Part shown: piece after piece, positions 34,148-44,023 of the stretch
Position numbering within the stretch: position 1 is the stretch's first letter
Layout of the letters: every line of letters begins with the position of its first letter
DNA from: an uncultured Candidatus Planktophila sp.
GTDB taxonomy: Bacteria > Actinomycetota > Actinomycetes > Nanopelagicales > Nanopelagicaceae
Assembly (NCBI GenBank): GCA_964594645.1
Contig: CAZQNP010000003.1
Span: 4,359 to 68,358 of the forward strand
Direction: 5' to 3'
DNA: 64,000 bases
Position numbers and translations under genes: made by a program
The notes under the pieces: model-generated
Told to the model about the DNA's origin: nothing
The model's input: only the letters and a program-made list of their open reading frames with translations
Database searches by the model: none

Positions 34148-34357
34148 TTAGAGAACGAATGCAAGAACTAGGCCGAAGAGTGCAAGCGCTTCTGCCATAG
34201 CAAAACCAAGGAATGCGATTGGCTGTAGGACGTTGCGTGACTCTGGCTGGCGAGCTACTCCGTTGATGTAAGCGGTGAAGATCATGCCTGTTGCGAGAGC
34301 CGGTCCGATTGCAGCGATACCGTAACCAATGACGTTAATAGAGCCAGTTAGTTCCAT
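34148..34357 (-). CDS. atpE: ATP synthase c subunit (H+ type)
   Basis: ARQPE loop, AEAL proton-binding Glu; no Na+-ligand Q...ES/T pattern. Confidence 0.95.
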   Translation of the reverse strand: MELTGSINVIGYGIAAIGPALATGMIFTAYINGVARQPESRNVLQPIAFLGFAMAEALALFGLVLAFVL

Positions 34358-34419
34358 TTTTCTACCTTTCTTGCTTGAAGAAGCGAAGTTACTTCCCCAA
34401 AGTTAGTGTGTTTGTTTAT

Positions 34420-35208
34420 CTAGTGCTCGTCGGCAAGTGAGCCGGCGATATAGAGGGCGGACAGAAGAGTAAAGATGTAAGCCTGAAGGCACTGAACCAT
34501 GAACTCAAAGAATGTGAGACCAATTCCGGCGATGAATGCGAATGGGCTCACGATCTTGAGGCCGATAACGCCCTGCAATAGATGCTCTCCACCAAGGAAG
34601 AACACCAAGAGCAAAAGGTGACCAGCAAACATATTTGCGAACAAACGAAGACCAAGTGTGAATGGTCTTACGATGAAGAATGTTGCAATCTCAATTGGAG
34701 TAAGTAGTAAATAAATTGGCTTTGGAACACCCGGCATAAATGCAATTCCCTTGATGTATCCAAAGAATCCTTGCTTCTTCACGCCAACAGAGTGATAAAC
34801 CAAGTAAGTAATGAGCGCTAGTGCGTATGCAAATCCAACGCGAGAAAAGGTTGGGAATTGAAGCATTGGAACAATTGCAAACCAGTTATTTACTAAAACA
34901 AAAGTAAACAAGGTAAAGAGGAAGGGAACAAAGCGCATGAACTCGGGACCGATTACATCCTTGGCCATTCCATTGCGAATAAACCCGTAGACACCTTCAC
35001 CGGCAAATTGAAGCTTTGATGGAACCATTGCAGCTTTGCGTGAAGAGAGAATAAAAAATACAGATACAAGAATTACTGAAAGTGCAACGAGAAGAATTGG
35101 CTTAGTGAGCCACGGAATGCTGTCAAAGATAGGTGGCAATACGAAATCTTTCGCACCAGGTGGAACAAAGCCCTCACCTGCTGCACGAAAGTTAGTCACC
35201 GAGCGCAC
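34420..35208 (-). CDS. atpB: ATP synthase a subunit
   Basis: RPFTLGLRLFANMFAGH, LQAYIF. Confidence 0.95.
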   Translation of the reverse strand: MRSVTNFRAAGEGFVPPGAKDFVLPPIFDSIPWLTKPILLVALSVILVSVFFILSSRKAAMVPSKLQFAGEGVYGFIRNGMAKDVIGPEFMRFVPFLFTLFTFVLVNNWFAIVPMLQFPTFSRVGFAYALALITYLVYHSVGVKKQGFFGYIKGIAFMPGVPKPIYLLLTPIEIATFFIVRPFTLGLRLFANMFAGHLLLLVFFLGGEHLLQGVIGLKIVSPFAFIAGIGLTFFEFMVQCLQAYIFTLLSALYIAGSLADEH

Positions 35209-35325
35209 GCGTTCTCCTCAAGAAAGTAAATAGTGTCGATCGTGGTTGAAGTTAGGGAAGCAATCTTCGGGCATACCCTATGCGTAAATGCGCGAGTTGG
35301 AGAAATCGAAATCTGTGAATTTGCC

Positions 35326-35517
35326 CTATGCCTCGCGCCCAAATCGGAGCCAAACCAGGTAGAGCGAGGCTCCCATGCCGATAATTACCCCGCTCGGGAA
35401 TAGGAAGCCGGTTCCGAGCCAGTTATCTACCCCAAATCCAACCCCGCCCCAGAAAAGGGGGCCTGAGATCAGGTAGCCGAGTATCGACCAGGCTGCGCCC
35501 TCTTGGCTGTGGCTCAT
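35326..35517 (-). CDS. AtpZ/AtpQ-like small membrane protein
   Basis: AWSILGYLISG..FWGGVG..VD.WLGT; upstream of atpB. Confidence 0.78.
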   Translation of the reverse strand: MSHSQEGAAWSILGYLISGPLFWGGVGFGVDNWLGTGFLFPSGVIIGMGASLYLVWLRFGREA

Positions 35518-35948
35518 TGATTCTCCTCTGTTGGGCCCTTTGGGGGCAGAGGTAAATGTATGCGCAGCTTCATGAAACTGGCAATCTCCCCGCCTAGCCA
35601 GCTCAAGGAGAGCAGGATTGTGGCTACACCAAAGCTGGTGCGATTGATAGTTTCGCGGTCAATGTAGGTCGAGAGCGCCCATAGAAAGATCCAGACAAAG
35701 ATCAACTTGGTCGTATACGAAAAGAAGGCCAGACCCATCGTGGACATGGGATCTAGATTTCTTGAAACCTTTGAAACTCCAAGTGTGACTCCAAAGAAGA
35801 TGATGACGATGCATTGTGCCAACAGAGCACCGTAGAAACCAGGTAACCCTGCTAGAAATGAAGAAGCCGCAATCGAGATTACTCCCGTAATGATTGTGGG
35901 CTTCAGTGCACCCTTGAGCATTAACAGTTCATTACTTTGATTACTCAA
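35514..35948 (-). CDS. ATP synthase protein I-like 4-TM protein
   Basis: Four TM segments, SYTTK motif, operon position. Confidence 0.72.
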   Translation of the reverse strand: MSNQSNELLMLKGALKPTIITGVISIAASSFLAGLPGFYGALLAQCIVIIFFGVTLGVSKVSRNLDPMSTMGLAFFSYTTKLIFVWIFLWALSTYIDRETINRTSFGVATILLSLSWLGGEIASFMKLRIHLPLPPKGPTEENQ

Positions 35949-37024
35949 ATCCCAACCTTCTTTCTGCTTTTCATAACACCAACACTAATTCCAATTAAAA
36001 CAACAACGGTGATTAGTGCAACCCACCAAGGCGCAAATGCAAGCACCGTTACAGGAAAGGCGATAGTTGCAGTCCACAGATACAAGATGACGGCAGTTCT
36101 ATTTGTCGAATTACCTGCGCTGAGCAAGCGGTGATGTAAATGTTGGTTGTCAGGAGCAAAGGGAGAACGACCCGCCTTTACACGTCGACCGACAGCAAGT
36201 AGTAAATCTAAAAATGGAATCGCTAGAACTGCAAATGGAAGTAACAACGGAAGCAATGTTGGTCCTAATGATTCCGCAGAGATTGCATTCGGGTCTACCT
36301 GACCCGTCAAGGTAATTGCTGCAGCTGACAGCAATAAGCCAAGCAACATCGAACCACTATCGCCCATAAAGATCTTGGCTGGGTTGATGTTATGGGGCAA
36401 GAAACCTAGACAAATACCTACTAAAACCGCGGTTGTAAGCGACGGCGCACCTGCACGGCTAAAGCCATATTCAACCGCCAATAAGTAGGCAAAGGCAAAG
36501 AATGCGATACCTGAAATGGCAACAATTCCAGCTGCTAATCCATCCATGCCATCAATAAAGTTAACCGCGTTAATAACCACCAAAACGATTAATACCGTTA
36601 CTAACTGGCCAATACTTGGTGGCAAGGTGATCACACCGTTGATAGGCAGCCATAAAATTTGAATTCCATAAATCAGCAAAATTCCTGCAACGAAAACTTG
36701 TCCAGCAAGTTTTGTCAGGGCATCTAATTGAAAACGATCATCTGCCATTCCCAGCAAAACAATTGCCGTCGATGCCAAAAAGATTCCTTGTGCTTCATGT
36801 CCAAAGGATTTTCCAACCAATGGCAGGTGATTAACGATCGCGAAGGTAAGTGCCATTGAGGCCCACATCGCAACCCCGCCCCAACGGGCAGTGGGAACGC
36901 TATGAATATCACGATCACGGATTGCAGCAACTGCACCAAAACGAATCGCTTGTGCACGCACCAATGGGGTAATCAAATAACACAGCGCCGCTGAAATCAG
37001 CAGGGTTATCAGGTACTCGCGCAT
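35945..37024 (-). CDS. wecA: Undecaprenyl-phosphate GlcNAc-1-P transferase (WecA/Rfe, MraY family)
   Basis: RDIH..P, GMADD, NAVNFIDGMDGL, IFMGDSG, HLHHRL. Confidence 0.9.
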   Translation of the reverse strand: MREYLITLLISAALCYLITPLVRAQAIRFGAVAAIRDRDIHSVPTARWGGVAMWASMALTFAIVNHLPLVGKSFGHEAQGIFLASTAIVLLGMADDRFQLDALTKLAGQVFVAGILLIYGIQILWLPINGVITLPPSIGQLVTVLIVLVVINAVNFIDGMDGLAAGIVAISGIAFFAFAYLLAVEYGFSRAGAPSLTTAVLVGICLGFLPHNINPAKIFMGDSGSMLLGLLLSAAAITLTGQVDPNAISAESLGPTLLPLLLPFAVLAIPFLDLLLAVGRRVKAGRSPFAPDNQHLHHRLLSAGNSTNRTAVILYLWTATIAFPVTVLAFAPWWVALITVVVLIGISVGVMKSRKKVGI

Positions 37025-37033
37025 TAAAGAGGG

Positions 37034-38296
37034 TTACGCCTGGTAGATAGGAAAACGTGCGGTCAATGCATGTACCTCAGATTTAATCGCAGCATGCGCA
37101 GCTGCATCATCGGTTTTGATTGCGCGAGAAATCAGAGAAGCGATCTGCTTCATCTCTTCAACACCCATTCCTTGGGTAGTTGTTGCGGGTGAGCCAACAC
37201 GAATTCCACTTGTGATTCCTGGCTTCTCTGGATCGTAAGGAATTGAGTTCTTATTCATAACAATTCCGGCAGCACCACAGCGCTCATCAGCAACCTTGCC
37301 GTTGATGCCGGTACTGCGAATATCCATCAAAGCAAGGTGTGTTTCAGTGCCGCCAGATACTGCTCTCATGCCCTCTGCTTCAAGTGCAGCAGCTAGAGCC
37401 TTTGCATTAACAATTACATCCTTTGCATACTTTTGATATGCAGGCGTTGCACACTCTGCGAGCGCGATCGCCTTGCCAGCAACAGCAGACATGATTGGTC
37501 CGCCCTGCATTCCTGGGAATACCGCTTTATCAATCGCTGCAGCATGTTGGGCCTTAGCCAAAATCATTCCGCCACGTGGGCCGCGCAAAACCTTGTGCGT
37601 TGTAAATGAAACAACATCTGCATAAGGAACAGGTGAAGGGATCGCCTTTCCGGCAACAAGACCAATGAAGTGCGCCGCATCTACCCACATGATTGCACCG
37701 ACTTCGTCGCAAATCTCGCGGATCTTTGCAAAATCAACTAATGATGGATAAGCCGTTGCTCCTGAGCAAATCATCTTTGGCTTAGTGCGGATGGCTTGAT
37801 CACGTAGCTGGTCGTAATCAATCAGCTCGTTATCTTGGCGAACGCCATAAGACTCGATGTTGAACCACTTACCTGAAAAGTTAACTGGAGAGCCATGGGT
37901 TAAGTGACCACCATGTGCCAGATCCATCGCTAGAACGGTGTCACCTGGCTTGGTAAAGGCTTGATACACAGCAACATTTGCCGATGCACCTGAATGCGGT
38001 TGAACATTTGCATGCTCTGCACCAAACAAAGATTTTGCACGATCAATGGCGAGGTACTCAGCCTTATCCACCTCTTCGCAACCACCGTAGTAGCGCTTGC
38101 CTGGATAACCTTCGGCGTACTTATTGGAAAGGGTCGAACCAAGGGCTGCCAAAACCGCACGTGATGTGAAGTTTTCAGATGCGATTAACTGCAGATTGGT
38201 CTGTTGGCGCTTGAGTTCAGATAAGAGAACCGCTGCGATCTCGGGATCCTGCGAGGTTAAAAGGTTGAAATCTGGGCCATAGAAGGTTTCGGACAT
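37034..38296 (-). CDS. glyA: Serine hydroxymethyltransferase
   Basis: LIASENF, YAEGYPGKRYYGG, GGHLTHG, TTHK, RGPRGG. Confidence 0.97.
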   Translation of the reverse strand: MSETFYGPDFNLLTSQDPEIAAVLLSELKRQQTNLQLIASENFTSRAVLAALGSTLSNKYAEGYPGKRYYGGCEEVDKAEYLAIDRAKSLFGAEHANVQPHSGASANVAVYQAFTKPGDTVLAMDLAHGGHLTHGSPVNFSGKWFNIESYGVRQDNELIDYDQLRDQAIRTKPKMICSGATAYPSLVDFAKIREICDEVGAIMWVDAAHFIGLVAGKAIPSPVPYADVVSFTTHKVLRGPRGGMILAKAQHAAAIDKAVFPGMQGGPIMSAVAGKAIALAECATPAYQKYAKDVIVNAKALAAALEAEGMRAVSGGTETHLALMDIRSTGINGKVADERCGAAGIVMNKNSIPYDPEKPGITSGIRVGSPATTTQGMGVEEMKQIASLISRAIKTDDAAAHAAIKSEVHALTARFPIYQA

Positions 38297-38337
38297 GGCT
38301 AAACCCTATAGGGCAGGGGGCCTGAAAGCCTGTTGCG

Positions 38338-38982
38338 TTAGATGCCTGTTGCTCCGGGCACGATGGCTTGAATCTCTTCTAGTGAGATAGCGCCCTCACG
38401 CAGGTATCGCACGCCCGTTTCATCCGCCTCAATGACCGTTGAGATCGGGCCCTTTCGAAGATTTCCATTATCAAACTTGAGCGCGACATCGGCTTCAAGA
38501 ACCAAAACATCACCCAATGATTTTGGTGCAGCCATTCCTTTGCGCGCAGCACTTGCAATCGCTAACGGTCCGGTTTGTGAGACTAAAGCTTTTGCAAACT
38601 TAGCTTTAGGAATTCTTACGCTGACACGATCTAGTTGATTGCCATCGCCAAGATCCCAGCTAAGACCAAGTTGTGGACGCAAATTCATGGACAACATTCC
38701 GGGCCAAAACTTTTTCATTAACGCTTTGATCTCTGGTGTTGTCTCGCGAATAATTCCATCTGTTGTTTTAACGCTTCCAACAATTACTTGGGCCGCGGTA
38801 AACAATGGATCTCCACGCAAAACATGCATCGCGCGAACCGCATCTTGTCTAAATGCATCGCATGCAAAGGCGTAGCTGTGCTCCATCGGAATAACGATGA
38901 TGAAGCCATCGGCGATAGCTTTGGCAGCCTTGGTTACATGACGAGAAAGTTCGCCCTTCTTAAGATCAATCTCTTTAGCCAT
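38338..38982 (-). CDS. TsaC/YrdC (SUA5)-family protein with degenerate active-site motifs
   Basis: Fold motifs FWPG, LSWDLGD, VRIP, TGPLA, STV, LREGAI and position after prmC; SD GAGGAGG before ATG 38982; catalytic KxR and SxN motifs absent. Confidence 0.85.
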   Translation of the reverse strand: MAKEIDLKKGELSRHVTKAAKAIADGFIIVIPMEHSYAFACDAFRQDAVRAMHVLRGDPLFTAAQVIVGSVKTTDGIIRETTPEIKALMKKFWPGMLSMNLRPQLGLSWDLGDGNQLDRVSVRIPKAKFAKALVSQTGPLAIASAARKGMAAPKSLGDVLVLEADVALKFDNGNLRKGPISTVIEADETGVRYLREGAISLEEIQAIVPGATGI

Positions 38983-38984
38983 GG

Positions 38985-39833
38985 CTACCTCCTCACCGCA
39001 CTTGTCCAACGTGGTCGACCTACTAGGTCATCATGCAGGGCAACCTCTGAAAAATCTACTGACAGCGCTGTTGCAATCGCTGAGCCTTGCTCCTCGGTGT
39101 GTTCAATAACTAGAACTCCCCCAGGCTTTAACAGCCGAGCTGCTGCGGTGATGAACTGTTGTGGGATCTCCATACCCGTTGGCCCACCGAATAAAGCAAT
39201 GTGTGGCTCAAAGCCAGCAACATCTCTCGGTAATTCTTGAGAATCTGGAACATATGGAGGGTTTGCAATCACCACATCACACTTAACTCCGGGCAGAACC
39301 TCTGCCACATCGCCTTCAACTACCCGCACATTTTCTGCAATTACTGAGACATTTCGCTTGAGCCAAACGAGTGCTTCTGGGCTCTTTTCTACCGCAATTA
39401 CTCGAGTTGTTGGAGCCTCTGTTGCAATTGCAAGTGATAACGCACCTGAACCTGCACCTAAATCAATCACACTTACTGGTGCCGGAAGATTCTCAATGTG
39501 TTGTAGAACTGCTTCTACAAGTAACTCTGATTCTGGACGTGGCACCAAAACTCCTGGGCCAACTTCGATGTTGAGGTATCTAAAACCAGCAACGCCCGTT
39601 AAGTACTGCAGTGGTTCAAAGTTCAGGCGACGATCTAACAGATCATAAAACTGTTCTTCCAAAACATCTTTCTCTTCAATACCTAGCAAGGTTGATTCAA
39701 GTAGAACTGGATTGTGTAGATCCATGCGTGACAAACCAAGAACGTGAGCAAGTAGATGCTCGGCATCGACTTCAGAAATTCCAGATTCGGCTAACTGTGA
39801 TTTAGCCGCGCGTAAAATCTCTCTGGTATTCAT
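38985..39833 (-). CDS. prmC: Release factor glutamine methyltransferase
   Basis: EPLQY, VPRPESE, DLGAGSG, NPPY. Confidence 0.95.
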   Translation of the reverse strand: MNTREILRAAKSQLAESGISEVDAEHLLAHVLGLSRMDLHNPVLLESTLLGIEEKDVLEEQFYDLLDRRLNFEPLQYLTGVAGFRYLNIEVGPGVLVPRPESELLVEAVLQHIENLPAPVSVIDLGAGSGALSLAIATEAPTTRVIAVEKSPEALVWLKRNVSVIAENVRVVEGDVAEVLPGVKCDVVIANPPYVPDSQELPRDVAGFEPHIALFGGPTGMEIPQQFITAAARLLKPGGVLVIEHTEEQGSAIATALSVDFSEVALHDDLVGRPRWTSAVRR

Positions 39834-39849
39834 TTACAGAACCTGCATA

Positions 39850-40932
39850 TTAGTTAGCGTTGGCCAAACGAGCCGCTTTGTCAGCATCTAGCAAGGTTTG
39901 AATCATGTCATCCAAATCGCCATTTAGTACCGCATCCAAGTTGTTGGCCTTGTAGTTAACGCGGTGATCGCTAATGCGGTTTTCCGGAAAATTGTATGTG
40001 CGGATTCGCTCCGAACGATCTACTGTACGAACCTGGCTCTTTCGCTCTGCAGATGCTGCAGCCTCAGCCTTTTCTTGAGCATCAGCCAAAAGTCGTGCGC
40101 GTAAGATACGAAGCGCAGATTCCTTATTCTGTAACTGGCTCTTCTCGTTCTGACATGAAACAACGATTCCAGTTGGAACGTGGGTCAAACGAACCGCAGA
40201 GTCAGTTGTATTAACTGACTGTCCGCCAGGACCTGATGAGCGGTACACATCAACGCGTACATCATTCATGTTTAACTCAACATCGATTTCTTCTGCTTCA
40301 GGAAGGATCAAAACACCAGCTGCTGAGGTGTGAATACGTCCCTGGCTTTCAGTCTCTGGCACACGCTGTACGCGGTGAACTCCGCCCTCAAACTTCAGGC
40401 GTGCATATGGAGATTCTCCAGGTGCTGCAGTTCCCTTTGATTTAACCGCTACTGAAATATCTTTATATCCACCCATTTCACTTTCAGTGGCATCAATGAT
40501 TTCGACTTTCCAGTTGTGCTTTTCTGCATAACGCATGTACATACGCAACAAATCGCCAGCAAATAGCGCTGACTCATCTCCACCAGCACCTGCTTTAACC
40601 TCCAAGATCACATCGCGATCATCATTGGGATCACGGGGTAACAACAACTCTTCAAGACGTTCAGCTGCAGCATCACGTGCCGCCTCAAGGGCTGGAATCT
40701 CTGCTGCAAACTCGGGATCAACCGATGCCAGCTCTGCTGCAGCTAATAGGTCATCCTCTGAAGATTTCCATGCCTTAAACCCTGCAACAACAGGACCAAG
40801 TTGGGCATAACGGCGTCCAAGCTTTCGAGCATTTGCCTGATCTTCGTGAATAGTTGGATCAGCCATCTTCTCTTCAAGTTCGGCGTACTCGCGCACCATT
40901 TCATGTGCTGATGCAAAACGATCATTGCTCAT
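39850..40932 (-). CDS. prfA: Peptide chain release factor 1
   Basis: [10 protein letters not shown] (PxT motif), [17 protein letters not shown]. Confidence 0.97.
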   Translation of the reverse strand: MSNDRFASAHEMVREYAELEEKMADPTIHEDQANARKLGRRYAQLGPVVAGFKAWKSSEDDLLAAAELASVDPEFAAEIPALEAARDAAAERLEELLLPRDPNDDRDVILEVKAGAGGDESALFAGDLLRMYMRYAEKHNWKVEIIDATESEMGGYKDISVAVKSKGTAAPGESPYARLKFEGGVHRVQRVPETESQGRIHTSAAGVLILPEAEEIDVELNMNDVRVDVYRSSGPGGQSVNTTDSAVRLTHVPTGIVVSCQNEKSQLQNKESALRILRARLLADAQEKAEAAASAERKSQVRTVDRSERIRTYNFPENRISDHRVNYKANNLDAVLNGDLDDMIQTLLDADKAARLANAN

Positions 40933-40982
40933 CGACTGCTCCTTTCTATTAAGACGCTACTTTGATTTAAACCTTGGGAAAT

Positions 40983-41029
40983 AAAAAAACCGCGACCGCA
41001 ACCCAAAAGGGGTGCAGTGCGGTTTCTTT
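40983..41029 (-). terminator. Intrinsic terminator after rpmE
   Basis: Minus strand AAACCGCACTGCACCCC-TTTT-GGGTTGCGGTCGCGGTTTTTT, hairpin followed by a U tract. Confidence 0.8.
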
Positions 41030-41035
41030 AGAAAG

Positions 41036-41245
41036 CTAGTTCTTCTTGCCAAATCTCTCTTCGAACTTAGCCACGCGACCACCAGTATCAAGGATGCGCT
41101 GCTTACCTGTGTAGAACGGGTGGCAGACTGAGCAAACTTCAACATAGATTGAACCGCTTGCAACTGTTGAGCGAGTTACGAACTTTTCGCCGCAACCACA
41201 AGTTACTTGGGTCTCTTTGTACTCTGGGTGGATCTCTGGCTTCAT
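41036..41245 (-). CDS. rpmE: 50S ribosomal protein L31 (zinc-binding C+ form)
   Basis: [30 protein letters not shown]. Confidence 0.97.
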   Translation of the reverse strand: MKPEIHPEYKETQVTCGCGEKFVTRSTVASGSIYVEVCSVCHPFYTGKQRILDTGGRVAKFEERFGKKN

Positions 41246-41260
41246 GGTTATTCCTTATAT

Positions 41261-41296
41261 TCGTGTTTGGGTCTCATTACTGAGTGAACCAAACGG
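41261..41296 (-). promoter_or_regulatory. L31 ribosomal-protein leader (L31-Actinobacteria-like)
   Basis: Minus strand CGUUUGG-UUCA-CUCA-GUAA-UGAG-ACCCAAACACG hairpin with the GGUUCAC/GACCC internal-loop core, just upstream of the rpmE SD; family assignment from memory of the consensus. Confidence 0.65.
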
Positions 41297-41350
41297 ACGG
41301 TTAACAGACCCCAAGGGTAGGCGATAAGCCCACATTTGAGAAATTTACGC

Positions 41351-42925
41351 CTACTTTGAGTCGTCTGGACCCGCAGTTGTCTTCTGGATCTGCATCAAGA
41401 ACTCGACGTTGGACTTAGTGCCCTTCATCTTCTCAAGCAGCAGTTCTAGTGCGGCTTGTGGCTCTAGTGCGTGCAGTACGCGACGAAGCTTCCAGACAAT
41501 GTTGAGCTCTTCTGAACCCATAAGGATCTCTTCCTTACGTGTACCTGAAGCAACAACATTAACAGCAGGGAAGATGCGCTTATCAGCCATCTTGCGATCA
41601 AGGATGAGCTCCATGTTTCCAGTTCCCTTGAACTCTTCGAAGATAACTTCATCCATGCGAGAACCTGTATCAACAAGTGCTGTTGCAAGAATCGTTAGCG
41701 ATCCGCCATCTTCAATGTTACGAGCAGCTCCAAAGAACTTCTTTGGTGGATACAAAGCAGCTGAATCAACACCACCAGAAAGGATGCGGCCTGATGCAGG
41801 TGCTGCAATGTTGTATGCGCGACCAAGACGTGTAATTGAGTCAAGAAGAACTACTACATCGTGACCTAGTTCTACCAAACGCTTTGCACGCTCGATTGCA
41901 AGCTCTGCAATTGTTGTGTGGTCATCAGCTGGGCGATCGAAGGTTGAAGCAATAACTTCACCCTTAACGCTGCGCTGCATATCTGTAACCTCTTCAGGAC
42001 GCTCATCAACTAGAACAACCATCAAGTGACACTCTGGATTGTTAGTTGTAATCGCGTTAGCAATTGATTGAAGAACCATCGTCTTACCAGCCTTTGGAGG
42101 GGAAACGATAAGACCGCGTTGACCCTTACCAATTGGTGCGATCAGATCGATCACACGAGTTGTAAGAATGTTTGGCTCTGTCTCAAGGCGCAGACGCTCC
42201 TGAGGATAAAGCGGAGTTAGCTTTCCGAACTCAACACGGTTACGTGCCTCTTCAGGGGTCATGCCGTTAACGGTTTCTAGCGTGATCAAAGCGTTGAACT
42301 TCTGCTTTGTCTCACCTTCGCGTGGCTGACGAACCTGGCCTGTAACAACATCTCCCTTGCGCAGACCGTTTTTGCGAACCTGCTGCAATGAAACGTAAAC
42401 ATCGTTAGGGCCTGGCAGGTATCCACCTGTGCGGATAAATGCGTAGCTTTCGAGAATATCTAGCAGTCCACCAACTGGAACGAGAACATCATCTTCGCTT
42501 AGAACTGGCTCGCGCTCTTCACGGTGTCCGCGGTCACGGTTGCGATCGCGATTGCGGTCACGTCCACGGCCGCGGTCGTTGCGATCAAAGCGACCACCAC
42601 GGTCGTTGCGATCATTTCCGCCACGGTCGTTGTTGGATTGCGGTGCTGAATCATCATCACCATCATCATCTGAATCCTGTGTGTTGTGTGAAGGCTTTGA
42701 CTCCTTCTTACGGTTGTTTCGCGCCTCGCGACGTGCTTCGCGTTCAGCCTTTGCAGCTTCGCGGTTCTTCGCCTGTAAATCAGCGATCGCTTCTACAAGT
42801 GCGTCCTTCTTCATCTTTGCTGCGCCTTCAACACCTAGTTGTGTAGCAACTGTCTTCAACTTAGGAAGGGTCATTGCAGCAAGCTCTGGACTCTGTGAGC
42901 GAACTGGTTCAATTTCTGTTGTCAT
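41351..42925 (-). CDS. rho: Transcription termination factor Rho with R/D/N-rich N-terminal insertion
   Basis: PIGKGQRGLIVSPPKAGKT, DERPEEVTD, FEEFKGTGN. Confidence 0.97.
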   Translation of the reverse strand: MTTEIEPVRSQSPELAAMTLPKLKTVATQLGVEGAAKMKKDALVEAIADLQAKNREAAKAEREARREARNNRKKESKPSHNTQDSDDDGDDDSAPQSNNDRGGNDRNDRGGRFDRNDRGRGRDRNRDRNRDRGHREEREPVLSEDDVLVPVGGLLDILESYAFIRTGGYLPGPNDVYVSLQQVRKNGLRKGDVVTGQVRQPREGETKQKFNALITLETVNGMTPEEARNRVEFGKLTPLYPQERLRLETEPNILTTRVIDLIAPIGKGQRGLIVSPPKAGKTMVLQSIANAITTNNPECHLMVVLVDERPEEVTDMQRSVKGEVIASTFDRPADDHTTIAELAIERAKRLVELGHDVVVLLDSITRLGRAYNIAAPASGRILSGGVDSAALYPPKKFFGAARNIEDGGSLTILATALVDTGSRMDEVIFEEFKGTGNMELILDRKMADKRIFPAVNVVASGTRKEEILMGSEELNIVWKLRRVLHALEPQAALELLLEKMKGTKSNVEFLMQIQKTTAGPDDSK

Positions 42926-43051
42926 GTATATCTTTTCGCTATTGGCTCTGGGTTTTAACTAAAAGTTTTAAACCTTGAGAACCTGGGATTTTTGTTTTTT
43001 AGACTTACCTGATGTGTTACTGGCTGCTAGATGAGCCGTTCAGATGAGTGA

Positions 43052-43081
43052 AGATTAGCAGGATTGAGCCAGATATCGCAA
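43052..43081 (-). promoter_or_regulatory. Housekeeping-sigma promoter for rho
   Basis: Minus strand TTGCGA-N18-TAATCT with an extended TGn, about 125 nt upstream of the rho ATG. Confidence 0.55.
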
Positions 43082-43092
43082 AATGAGCGGGG

Positions 43093-44022
43093 TTAAGCGG
43101 TGACGACCGCGACCCCCGTGCGTGAGACCCCCAAAGCAATCATCTGGAACTTCTCCCCTGCAGCACGCTCTAACTCAGCCGCCTCAACATCGCCACCTGT
43201 GTGAAGTACCAAAACAGTTGGGCCCGCCCCTGAAATAAAGGCCGCAATGCCCGCCTTGCGAAGCTTTGTCATCAAAGCAAAGCTCTGTGGCATCGCATCG
43301 CTGCGATAGCTCTGGTGTAAGTAATCCTCTGTTGCACTGAGCAAGAGATCTGGGCGGTGTTGCAGCGCTTGCACTAAAACCGCTGTATTTATTGAGTTTC
43401 GAACCGCATCCTGATGAGCAATTGATTCAGGAAGCATCTTGCGTGCCTTTGATGTTGAAAGCTCTATTGATGGAACAAATGCAAGTACAGCAATACGCGG
43501 ATCAACTTCGATGCGAAGTGATTGGGCAATCACCTGTCCGCGCTGACTCTCTTGCCAAGCGATATTTGCACCGCCATGAATTGCAGCGGCAACATTGTCG
43601 GGATGGCCTTCCATCTCATTAGCAATATTCAACATATCCTCATGTGACATGCGCTCATTGCCGCCAAGAACCAATGCGCGAGCAAGTGCTAATCCGCCAA
43701 CAATTGCCGCAGCAGATGATCCAAGTCCGCGACCATGAGGAATAACGTTGAGCTGTCGCAATGCAATTCCACGCGGGCGACCACCTAAGAAATCAAAGCC
43801 TTTATACATCGCCTTAATAACCAGGTTCTTGTCAGTTGTTGGAACCGCATCTGCACCCTCACCGGTGACATCAATATCAACACCTGGCTCATCTAAAACC
43901 TGCGCCATATAACGATCGTGCATGTTTAACGCCAAACCAAGGCAGTCAAAGCCAGGACCCAAGTTTGCACTTGTTGCAGGAACTTGCACCTGCATTGGCT
44001 GGGCCTTAAAGGTTGGCTTCAT
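43093..44022 (-). CDS. thrB: Homoserine kinase
   Basis: PATSANLGPGFD, PHGRGLGSSAA, EGHPDN, SGAGPT; start ATG 44022. Confidence 0.95.
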   Translation of the reverse strand: MKPTFKAQPMQVQVPATSANLGPGFDCLGLALNMHDRYMAQVLDEPGVDIDVTGEGADAVPTTDKNLVIKAMYKGFDFLGGRPRGIALRQLNVIPHGRGLGSSAAAIVGGLALARALVLGGNERMSHEDMLNIANEMEGHPDNVAAAIHGGANIAWQESQRGQVIAQSLRIEVDPRIAVLAFVPSIELSTSKARKMLPESIAHQDAVRNSINTAVLVQALQHRPDLLLSATEDYLHQSYRSDAMPQSFALMTKLRKAGIAAFISGAGPTVLVLHTGGDVEAAELERAAGEKFQMIALGVSRTGVAVVTA

Positions 44023-44023
44023 T

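Noticed and set aside
42500-42720. R/D/N-rich repeats in rho and the overlapping + strand ORFs
   Set aside because: Known low-complexity N-terminal insertion of actinobacterial Rho; the + ORFs are shadows
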